Shown here piece by piece: positions 50,449-58,472 of a stretch of 64,000 nt of DNA. The position numbers and the translations under genes were made by a program. This DNA is from an uncultured Campylobacter sp. Its GTDB lineage: Bacteria; Campylobacterota; Campylobacteria; Campylobacterales; Campylobacteraceae. Under the pieces are notes generated by a model, which saw only the letters and a program-made list of their open reading frames with translations, made no database searches and was not told the origin of the DNA. The first letter of the stretch is position 1. Every line of letters starts with the position of its first letter. Location of the stretch: contig CAUQMF010000001.1 of assembly GCA_963518965.1 (NCBI GenBank), forward strand, positions 1,141 through 65,140, in the 5' to 3' direction.

Positions 50449-51487
50449 ACATCGCTTCCGTCTGCGCGACCATCGTCTCTATCGAGAAGTTTCGCACGAT
50501 AAATTCCCTCGCGTTCGCGCTAAATTTCGCCCGAAGCGCCGCGTCTTCTATCAGCGTTTTTAGAGCCGCTTTGAGCGATTCTTTGTCGCCGTTTTTAAAC
50601 AAAAGTCCCGTTTCGCCGCTACTTATCGCCTCGCCGATGCCGCCCGCGTCGCTACCGATGCAGGGCACTCCGCAAGACTGCGCTTCAAGCAGCGCCGTGC
50701 CTAGCGCCTCCATCTTTGAGGGCAGCACGAAAACGTCAAAACTACCCAAAAACTCGCTCACGTCGGCGCGGGGGCCTAGCATGTAGATGTTTGGAGTCTT
50801 TATTTTTTTTAGATTTTCCTCCTGCGGACCGTCGCCGACCACGACTAAAGCGGCGTTTGGTAGATTTAGCTCACTAAAAGCTTCAAACAAAAGCTTATGA
50901 TTTTTCGCTGCGCGCAATACCGCTACGATACCCACTACGACGCAGTCTGCACTCAAATTTAGCTCCGCTTTTATATCTTTTGTAAAATTTGGATTAAACC
51001 GCGCCGTATCCACGCCAGTATAGATAACGTCTATCAAATTTCCCCGCACGCCCTGCGAAACGAGCTGGGCTTTTACGGCATTTGAGACGGCTACGATTTT
51101 ATCGTTTACGTTGTAGCTAAATGCCGATCTGATCGGCGTTTGCAGGTGTCTGGCGCGCACGACCTTAGCGCCCGTTAGCTTTGCTACGATCGCGCCGATG
51201 TTGCCGTCCTTGCCCGAGTGCGTGGCGATGACGGAGATATTTTTTTTGCGCACGAAACGGCAAATTTTAAAAATTTCAAAAATATTATAGACCTTACTTA
51301 GGTTAAATTCTACAAACTCACAATCAATCGGCTTTTCAAAGCTTTTTGAGCCTGGATTTAGCGCGTAAAATACCTTAAATTTATCCTTATTTAGCCCGTT
51401 TATGACGCGCTGCGTGCGGTGCTCCTGGCCGCCGAAACCCAGCGAGCTTTCAAGCTCTAAGATATTTATTTTATCTGTTTTTTTCAT
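50435..51487 (-). CDS. GT4 glycosyltransferase
   Basis: SSLGFGGQEHR N-terminus and PSKMEALGTALLEAQSCGVP motif. 350 aa. Confidence 0.85.
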   Translation of the reverse strand: MKKTDKINILELESSLGFGGQEHRTQRVINGLNKDKFKVFYALNPGSKSFEKPIDCEFVEFNLSKVYNIFEIFKICRFVRKKNISVIATHSGKDGNIGAIVAKLTGAKVVRARHLQTPIRSAFSYNVNDKIVAVSNAVKAQLVSQGVRGNLIDVIYTGVDTARFNPNFTKDIKAELNLSADCVVVGIVAVLRAAKNHKLLFEAFSELNLPNAALVVVGDGPQEENLKKIKTPNIYMLGPRADVSEFLGSFDVFVLPSKMEALGTALLEAQSCGVPCIGSDAGGIGEAISSGETGLLFKNGDKESLKAALKTLIEDAALRAKFSANAREFIVRNFSIETMVAQTEAMYEAL

Positions 51488-52416
51488 ATATTTTTGACCG
51501 CCTCGTAGATTTCCTCGTCCGCGACGTCCTGCGCCATTTTGCTAGCGCTTTGCAGCACGGCACACTCCGCGCCGCCGTAAATCGGAGCCCAGCGAGAGGC
51601 GTCCGTTTTGCCAAGCACCAGCACCGTTTTTACGCCAAGTGCGGGAACTAGATGCGCAACGCCGCCGTCAAGCGTGAGGACAAATTTGGCCGCCCAGATA
51701 TAGCCGGCTAGCTCGTCTAAATTTTTAGTCGCGGCAAACTCTATGCCCGCTTCTTGCGCTACTTTTTCGCCCAGTTTCGCGTCCTCGGCACTAACGGCGA
51801 CGCGTCCGAAATTTTGCTTTAAAAACGCCAAAATCCGCAAAATTTTAGCCTCGTCCATGCGGTTTTGCTCCACCCTAGAGGAGACGTGAAAAAATACGAA
51901 ATCCTTAAATTTCTCGCTTTTAAAGCTCGGTACGTAAAGCGTCTTTTCTCCGTCGAATTTAGCTCCCAGAGGAGCCACTAGCTCACAGCAAAGCAGCACC
52001 TCGTGAGGCGGAGGATTAAAGTTTAGTTTATGCGTTATTAGTGGCCCGCCCTCGTTTTGCTTTGCCGCTCCTATCGTCGTTTTAGCTCCGGCTGCTCTGG
52101 CAAATATGGCGGCAGAGGGCGAATAGGCGCTTCTAAAAATCACGGTCGCATCGTATTTTTCACGGCGAATTTGAAGGAAAATTTTACATTTTCCCCAAAA
52201 CGCCCACACCTTTGCCGCCAATCCTTTTACGTGCTTTGGTTTGGTGTAGATATATATTTTATTTAAAAATGGATTGCCGCTAACGACGCATGCGTTTAGG
52301 CTATTTACGACGATATCGATCTGTGCGTTCGGATGAGCTTTTCGCAGCGCTTCAATCGCTGGCGTCGTGCAGATGAGATCGCCGATATTATCGTTTCTAA
52401 CGAGCAAAATTTTCAC
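51484..52416 (-). CDS. GT9 heptosyltransferase-family protein
   Basis: ILLVRNDNIGDLICTTP N-terminus and LDGGVAHLVPA C-terminal motif. 310 aa. Confidence 0.8.
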   Translation of the reverse strand: MKILLVRNDNIGDLICTTPAIEALRKAHPNAQIDIVVNSLNACVVSGNPFLNKIYIYTKPKHVKGLAAKVWAFWGKCKIFLQIRREKYDATVIFRSAYSPSAAIFARAAGAKTTIGAAKQNEGGPLITHKLNFNPPPHEVLLCCELVAPLGAKFDGEKTLYVPSFKSEKFKDFVFFHVSSRVEQNRMDEAKILRILAFLKQNFGRVAVSAEDAKLGEKVAQEAGIEFAATKNLDELAGYIWAAKFVLTLDGGVAHLVPALGVKTVLVLGKTDASRWAPIYGGAECAVLQSASKMAQDVADEEIYEAVKNI

Positions 52417-52548
52417 GATTTTCCTTTTTTGCGCGATTATACCTATTTTACGCTTATACTTATTTACGCTCTCATCCCTCGCACGCCGGGCATAACCTAA
52501 AATTCATCAAAAAACTTATAAAATACCGCTAAATTTTAAAAGGCGAAC

Positions 52549-53580
52549 ATGAAAAAAATAGTATTTTTAAGGCTCGATCTGGACGCTATCGGCGGGGCGC
52601 AGAGGTATCTCTCAAGGCTCGTTAAAGCCCTAAAAGACTCGGGCGTTGCGTGCGAGACGCGCGGATTTAACAGCAGCAAAAAACTAAGCTCGTGGATCAA
52701 AGCCCTGCTTTTTAACTCGCAAGCTAAGCGGCAAAAGGGCGCGGACGAGATTTATTTTAGCTTAGAGCGCATCACCTGCGCCGACATCTACCGAGCGGGC
52801 GACGGCGTACACAAAGTCTATATGAAAACCAAGCCTTTTTGGTTCACAAACCCCCTAAATTTCGTCATTCCCTACCTTGAAAAGCGCACTTTTAAAAACG
52901 CTAAAAAAATCATCGCCAACTCAAATTTCATAAAGCGCCAAATTTGCGAGACCTACGGCATCGCCGAGGAAAAGATCGCAGTCGTCTATAACGGCGTAAA
53001 TTTGCCTACTCGCGTGCAAAAAGGCGCGGCAAAGCTCGCTCTTTGCGAGGAATTCGGGCTTGATTTTAACTTGCCGACGCTGCTGTTTGTGGGAAGCGGC
53101 TTTAAACGCAAAGGCGCGGAGGAGTTCTTGCGCATCGCGGCTCGCCTAAAAACCCGCGTAAACTGCCTGATCGTGGGTCGCGACAAAAACACCGCCCGCT
53201 ACAAAAATCTAGCCAAGGAACTCGGCCTAAACGCCGTATTTACGGGCGCGCAAAAAAGCACGGCGAGATTTTACGAAGGCAGCGAGCTGTTTTTGTTTCC
53301 GACGGCGTACGAGCCGTTTTCAAACGTCGTTTTGGAAGCGCTTAGCTACGGCTGCGTCGCTATCACTACCGCTCAAAACGGCGCGGCGGAGATACTACCG
53401 GGGGAGTTTGTGATGAGTTCGCCGCAAGACTACGACATCTGCGCTCTGATTGATGAAATCCTAAACGACGACGAGCGGCTGGCAATGCTACAAGAGCGAA
53501 ATTTGGCACTTGCTAGCGAGTTTAGTATCGAAAAAAACGCGAACGCGACGCTGGAGATAGTGCGTGCGAATCTTGATTGA
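52549..53580 (+). CDS. GT4 glycosyltransferase (WaaG/RfaG-like core glycosyltransferase)
   Basis: LDLDAIGGAQRY N-terminus and PTAYEPFSNVVLEALSYG motif. 343 aa. Confidence 0.85.
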   Translation: MKKIVFLRLDLDAIGGAQRYLSRLVKALKDSGVACETRGFNSSKKLSSWIKALLFNSQAKRQKGADEIYFSLERITCADIYRAGDGVHKVYMKTKPFWFTNPLNFVIPYLEKRTFKNAKKIIANSNFIKRQICETYGIAEEKIAVVYNGVNLPTRVQKGAAKLALCEEFGLDFNLPTLLFVGSGFKRKGAEEFLRIAARLKTRVNCLIVGRDKNTARYKNLAKELGLNAVFTGAQKSTARFYEGSELFLFPTAYEPFSNVVLEALSYGCVAITTAQNGAAEILPGEFVMSSPQDYDICALIDEILNDDERLAMLQERNLALASEFSIEKNANATLEIVRANLD

Positions 53581-54751
53581 GCTGCCGACCTGGCTGGGCG
53601 ACGCCGTGATGGCAAGCGCCGCGGTGGAGGCCATCGCAAAGCACGCGGCGGCGTTTGACGCGGGGAATTTGACGGGCGAATTTGAAAATGAGCGAGATTT
53701 TAGCTTTTCGTCGCAAAATTTCGGTCCCGTAACGCAGGAAATTCAAATTTTTAAAAGCGATACGCCAAATTTGGACGGTAAATTTGAAGCTGACCGCGGC
53801 GCAAATTTGACGGCAAATGCTCAAAAAAATCAAAATCCGCAAAATTTAAAAAAAAAAGAGGCACGAGAGCCAGTTAAAATCGTATTTTTCGGTTCGTTTG
53901 CGGCGTGCGAGCTTTTTAAGGCTCATCCAAACTGCGAACGCGTCATCGTGGACGGCAGTAAAAAGGCTAAATTTAGGCTTTGGCGGCTGTTTTGGCAAGC
54001 AAGAAATCTTGGTAAATTCGACGCGGCGTTTAGCTTTAGAAGCTCGTTTGCGAGTAAGGTTTTACTTTACGGGGCGCGGGCGGGGCAAAAATTTATTTTT
54101 CAAAAGAGCAATGACGGCGCGCATCAGGTGCAAAAATACCTAAAATTCGTCAAATCGGCGTTAAATTTAAAACGCGCAGACGACGAGCTGAAGCTTTACT
54201 TTGAGCCGCGTAAATTTGACGCGCCCGTACTCGGGCTAAATCCTGGCGCTAGCTACGGAAGCGCCAAACGCTGGTATCCGGCCTATTTCGCGCAGGTGGC
54301 GCTGCATTTTAAAGACGAGTTTAAGATTATGATTTTCGGCGGCGCGGGCGAGCGCGATATGTGCGAGCAGATCGAGCGAATTTTACGCGAAAACGGCGCG
54401 GCCTGCGAAAATCTAGCGGGTAAAACGAGCGTGCGGGAGCTTTGCGAAAATATCGGCGGCATCGGACAAAGCGGCGGGATATTTATCACGAACGACAGCG
54501 GTCCGATGCATATCGCAGCAGCCTACAAGACGCCTACGATCGCGCTTTTTGGGCCGACGAGATTTACGCAAACCTGTCCGTGGCGCAACGAAAACGCCCG
54601 CATCCTACACCTAAATCTAGAGTGCATGCCGTGTATGAAGCGCGTCTGTCCGCTAAAAACCCACGCCTGCATGAAAGACCTCTCGCCGCAAGCCGTCATC
54701 CAAACGATCGAGCGAGAGTTTATTAAAAAACGCGAAAAAATAAATTTTTAA
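53564..54751 (+). CDS. waaF: LPS/LOS heptosyltransferase II (GT9) with an internal insertion
   Basis: The N-terminus RILIELPTWLGDAVMAS and the C-terminus FITNDSGPMHIAAA..LNLECMPCMKRVCPLKTHACMKDL closely match the remembered C. jejuni WaaF. GTG start after GGAG. 395 aa versus about 319 aa. Confidence 0.85.
   Translation: MRILIELPTWLGDAVMASAAVEAIAKHAAAFDAGNLTGEFENERDFSFSSQNFGPVTQEIQIFKSDTPNLDGKFEADRGANLTANAQKNQNPQNLKKKEAREPVKIVFFGSFAACELFKAHPNCERVIVDGSKKAKFRLWRLFWQARNLGKFDAAFSFRSSFASKVLLYGARAGQKFIFQKSNDGAHQVQKYLKFVKSALNLKRADDELKLYFEPRKFDAPVLGLNPGASYGSAKRWYPAYFAQVALHFKDEFKIMIFGGAGERDMCEQIERILRENGAACENLAGKTSVRELCENIGGIGQSGGIFITNDSGPMHIAAAYKTPTIALFGPTRFTQTCPWRNENARILHLNLECMPCMKRVCPLKTHACMKDLSPQAVIQTIEREFIKKREKINF
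53645..53872 (+). repeat. in-frame AAATTT-rich insertion inside waaF
   Basis: About 76 codons between AIAKH and VKIVFFGS that are absent from the remembered C. jejuni WaaF. Nine RAATTY sites between 53665 and 53847, including AAATTTGAC-type motifs. Contains an A10 run. Confidence 0.5.
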
Positions 54752-55470
54752 AAATAGAAAATTGCGTTTTAACTCTACTTTTAATCGGCGCTTCGTTATT
54801 TTAGCGCTAAAGCATAGCGATATTTATATGAGAACGGTTCTGCGTAGCTAAAACGTCAAAAGCAAGCACCCAAATTAATAAAATTCTCAAGAACATGCAT
54901 TAATTTATAAACAACAAAAAATAAAGCTATCGCTAACGGACTCGGTTGTTTTCTTTGATATTTAAACAGTAGATACTTGAATATTTTTAAAACGACCGCG
55001 TAAATTCGAGTTTTAAAATGAAAAATTCGTATCGGTATATTCATGGATTTAATTAATTACTTTTAAATGCGTATAGAGTAACCTTAGCAAAAGCGGAATG
55101 CCCACACACGGTTTTATGGCGCAATTAAGCGCCTCGCGCATGCCGTTTGTCGTCTCTGGCCCGTCGTGACGCGCTTTACGCAAATCTTAATTTTACTCAA
55201 AATTTATCGGTTTATGGGCCGATTTCGCATCCGTAGCTAGCCTATCGCTTATTTTTTTAGACCATTTTGAAGCTAACCCCAGATCATAACCGACTAGTTT
55301 GATTTACGTCCATTTTTGCCGCATTCGCAAGGTCGGCTTATCGTAAACGCTGCGGCGGATTTTGCGATTTTTCTAAAATTAGCCGAAAAAAGCTGACTTA
55401 GAGCCGCAATTTAATTAATCGCCGTAAAAATTACGAAGTTTATTAAGATTACGCTAAGCTATAGTTAATC

Positions 55471-56859
55471 CTACCGCCTCATCTTTCTGCCGATCAGCGC
55501 AAAAATCACGATCACGCCGGCGATCATCGCTCCCGCCTTCACGTAAAACGCCCTCCTTTCGCGCACGGTCTCGGGCGAGCTGGTCTTGAGCCGCACCTTG
55601 ACGCTAGTGCTGCCCGCCGTTATGCTTAGCGTATCGCCCGCTAGGCCTTTTAGCTTCACGCTTAGCGTGTTTGTGCCGCTTTGTTTTATTTGCGCTTCGG
55701 CAAAACCGGAGACCTTATAAACATAGCGCGTCATGAGGTCGTTGCAGTCTTTGGGGCGGAAAAATATCTCGTAGGTCTTACCTGCATCCACACCTAGCAT
55801 GTCGCCGTCACGCGCGTCAAAATACGGATTTTGCGGAGTTTTGGTTTTAAAGCTCCACTTTATCTGCTTTACCTGCGCGCCAGTGCTTTGGGCGTTTGCT
55901 TGCTCGTAGCTAAAAACAGCCTCGTACTGCGCGCCGAAGTCAAAAACTTCCCGCGCAAAAGCCGCAAACTGCCCTTTGCTAAATTTAGAATTTACGTCGT
56001 TTTTACTCGTGATGACGTGCAAATTTTGAAGCTTTTTGCCGTCTTTAAATATCTCAAAATCCTTAAATTTTATCTCGCCCGCATTTACGTTAAACTCGAT
56101 GCTGACGGGATTTGCCGTGATCTTGCACTCGGGGAAGGGGTCTGGGATCTCGCCGCTAAAATAGGGCGTCACGGCAGTAGAGCCGGGAAATTTGACGAAA
56201 GGCTTGCTAGAGCCGGTGAAATTATCGAATTTGTCGTCTTTTATTTTTAAATTTTTATCGGCGCAGACGTTGGTATAAAACCGTCCAGCGCCCGTATCGC
56301 TCGCACCCCTAGCGCAAAAGGCGTTAAGCCTAGAGTTACCCATTTCAAAGACGAAGGCGTTAAATTTATCCTTGGACGCAAGCGCGTAGCCGACCTCGTC
56401 GACGCTTAGATTTAAAAACGCAAATCGGTGATAAATCGCCGAAAATAGCCCGTCCACCGCCTCTTTGAAGTCATTTTTATAAGCGATGTTTTCAAGAATA
56501 TGTCGCGACTTATATCCGGCTGCGATAGCTCTACTAACGGGGTCCGCGCCGCTAAATTTAGCCCGTCCGGCCGTCTCATCGTGCCCCATGTATTCGTTTT
56601 GGGCGCTATAGTCGGCATGATTTTTGGCGGCTTGGCTTAAAATTTGATTTTGTTTTAGGCTAGAGAGTCCGGAGCCTCGGCGGTACTCGTTTAGATACGA
56701 GACCGCGTCGGAGTCAGGAACAAAAGAAAACTCGGGCTGCTTGGCGGACTTTAGCGCAGAGTCTTTACCCTGCCCGCCCAAGATATCGCAACCCGCAAGA
56801 AAAAAGGCGCAGGCTAAAAGGCTAAATTTAAGCCCGCGTTTTACAAAGTAAAATTTCAA
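55471..56859 (-). CDS. CAP/SCP (PR-1-like) domain lipoprotein with C-terminal TM anchor
   Basis: Lipobox FFLAGC. CAP-like region YLNEYRRGSGLSSLKQNQILSQAAKNHADY...GHDE. C-terminal AGAMIAGVIVIFALIGRKMRR. Confidence 0.65.
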   Translation of the reverse strand: MKFYFVKRGLKFSLLACAFFLAGCDILGGQGKDSALKSAKQPEFSFVPDSDAVSYLNEYRRGSGLSSLKQNQILSQAAKNHADYSAQNEYMGHDETAGRAKFSGADPVSRAIAAGYKSRHILENIAYKNDFKEAVDGLFSAIYHRFAFLNLSVDEVGYALASKDKFNAFVFEMGNSRLNAFCARGASDTGAGRFYTNVCADKNLKIKDDKFDNFTGSSKPFVKFPGSTAVTPYFSGEIPDPFPECKITANPVSIEFNVNAGEIKFKDFEIFKDGKKLQNLHVITSKNDVNSKFSKGQFAAFAREVFDFGAQYEAVFSYEQANAQSTGAQVKQIKWSFKTKTPQNPYFDARDGDMLGVDAGKTYEIFFRPKDCNDLMTRYVYKVSGFAEAQIKQSGTNTLSVKLKGLAGDTLSITAGSTSVKVRLKTSSPETVRERRAFYVKAGAMIAGVIVIFALIGRKMRR

Positions 56860-56876
56860 GCCCGCGCCCTTTAAAT

Positions 56877-58454
56877 TTAAGCCTTAGGGCCCGCTTTTGC
56901 GTATTCTACGCCCTCTTTTACGTCCTCGTATCGTTTAAAATTCACCTCAAACATACCTGCTAGCTTATCTCTAGTAGCGACGTATTCGTCCTTGTTCTCC
57001 CACGTGTTGATCGGATTTAGCAGCTTCGTCTCAACGCCTGCGAGCTCTTTTGGGATCGCGAGGTTAAAAATACCAAAATTTTCAAATTCGCACTTTTTGA
57101 TACTGCCGTCAAGGATCGCGTTTATGCATGCGCGTGTGGCTTTGATGCTCATTCGCTTGCCCACGCCGTATGCGCCGCCGCTCCAGCCTGTGTTTACGAG
57201 ATAGACGCTGACATTATGCTTGTCGATCTTTTCGCCCAGTAGCTTAGCGTAAACGGTTGGATGTAGCGGCATAAACGGCTCGCCAAAGCACGCGCTAAAG
57301 GTCGCTACGGGCTCGGTGATACCGCGCTCGGTGCCTGCGACTTTGGCCGTGTAGCCGCTTAGGAAATAATACATCGCCTGCTCTTTAGTTAGTTTTGCAA
57401 CCGGAGGCAAAACGCCAAATGCGTCGGCTGTTAGGAAGATGATATTTTTCGGATGGCCGCCCGCGGAGCTTGGCTCGTAGTTATCGATATGATAGATCGG
57501 GTAGCTAACGCGGGTGTTTTCGGTCTTGCTGCCGTCCTTGTAGTCCACGACGCCCGCCTCGTCCGCGACCACGTTTTCAAGTAGCGCGTCGCGTTTGATC
57601 GCGGCGTAAATTTCAGGCTCGCTACTCGGGTCTAAATTTATGCACTTCGCGTAGCAGCCGCCCTCGAAGTTAAATATCCCCTCGTCGTCCCAGCCGTGCT
57701 CGTCGTCGCCTATTAGCTTGCGGTTTGGATCGGTTGATAGCGTCGTTTTGCCCGTGCCGCTTAGGCCGAAAAATAGCGCTGTGTCGCCGTCCTTGCCCAC
57801 GTTTGCCGAGCAGTGCATGCTTAGCTTGCCCTCGAGCGGCAGCCAGTAGTTCATCATAGAAAAAATTCCTTTTTTCATCTCGCCGCCGTACCACGTGCCG
57901 CCGATAACCGCGACGTTTTCCTCGACGTTAAAGATAACGAAAACGTCGGAGTTTAGCCCCTGCTCTTTGCACTCTTCGTTTTTGCATTTGCACGCGTTGT
58001 AAACGACGAAATCGGGATGAAATTCCGCGAGCTCGCTCTCGCTTGGACGGATGAACATATTTTTAACAAAATGCGCCTGCCACGCGACTTCGGTTACGAA
58101 ACGAACCGATTTTTTGCTCTTTTCGCTCGCGCCGCAAAATGCGTCTTGGATAAAGATTTCCTTGCCGCTTAATTGGGCTTTTGCCTTAGCTAAAAGCTTA
58201 TCGAAAAGCTCTTTTGAGATAGGCTGATTTACCTTACCCCAAGCGATGTATTTTTGGCTCGGGTCTTGCTTTACGAAGTACTTATCTTTTGGGCTGCGAC
58301 CCGTAAAGATGCCCGTATCGACCATAAAAGTGCCGTTACTTGACACGCGTCCCTCGCCCATCGCCTTTTCAAGCTCAAAAAGCTCGTCGTAGCTTAGGTT
58401 GTGGTTGATTTTTTTTATATCTTTAAGACCTAATTTTTCTATTTCGTTTACCAT
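56877..58454 (-). CDS. pckA: phosphoenolpyruvate carboxykinase (ATP)
   Basis: 525 aa with kinase-1a motif [11 protein letters not shown]. pckA-pycB adjacency as Cj0932c/Cj0933c. Confidence 0.97.
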   Translation of the reverse strand: MVNEIEKLGLKDIKKINHNLSYDELFELEKAMGEGRVSSNGTFMVDTGIFTGRSPKDKYFVKQDPSQKYIAWGKVNQPISKELFDKLLAKAKAQLSGKEIFIQDAFCGASEKSKKSVRFVTEVAWQAHFVKNMFIRPSESELAEFHPDFVVYNACKCKNEECKEQGLNSDVFVIFNVEENVAVIGGTWYGGEMKKGIFSMMNYWLPLEGKLSMHCSANVGKDGDTALFFGLSGTGKTTLSTDPNRKLIGDDEHGWDDEGIFNFEGGCYAKCINLDPSSEPEIYAAIKRDALLENVVADEAGVVDYKDGSKTENTRVSYPIYHIDNYEPSSAGGHPKNIIFLTADAFGVLPPVAKLTKEQAMYYFLSGYTAKVAGTERGITEPVATFSACFGEPFMPLHPTVYAKLLGEKIDKHNVSVYLVNTGWSGGAYGVGKRMSIKATRACINAILDGSIKKCEFENFGIFNLAIPKELAGVETKLLNPINTWENKDEYVATRDKLAGMFEVNFKRYEDVKEGVEYAKAGPKA

Positions 58455-58472
58455 TTTTCTTCCTTTTTTAGA

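Noticed and set aside
54856-55044. 62-aa reverse-strand ORF in the long non-coding region; considered as a small hydrophobic toxin
   Set aside because: No SD is visible, the context is AT-rich, there is no partner antitoxin or antisense structure, and the composition is not convincingly that of a TM peptide. It is kept only as part of the non-coding-region finding.
55300-55350. GGTCGGCTTATCG resembles the conserved RNase P RNA 3' segment (..CCCGGCUUAUCG..)
   Set aside because: The obligatory P4 partner motif (GAGGAAAGTCCGG) is not present on either strand within several hundred nt, so this is a chance match.
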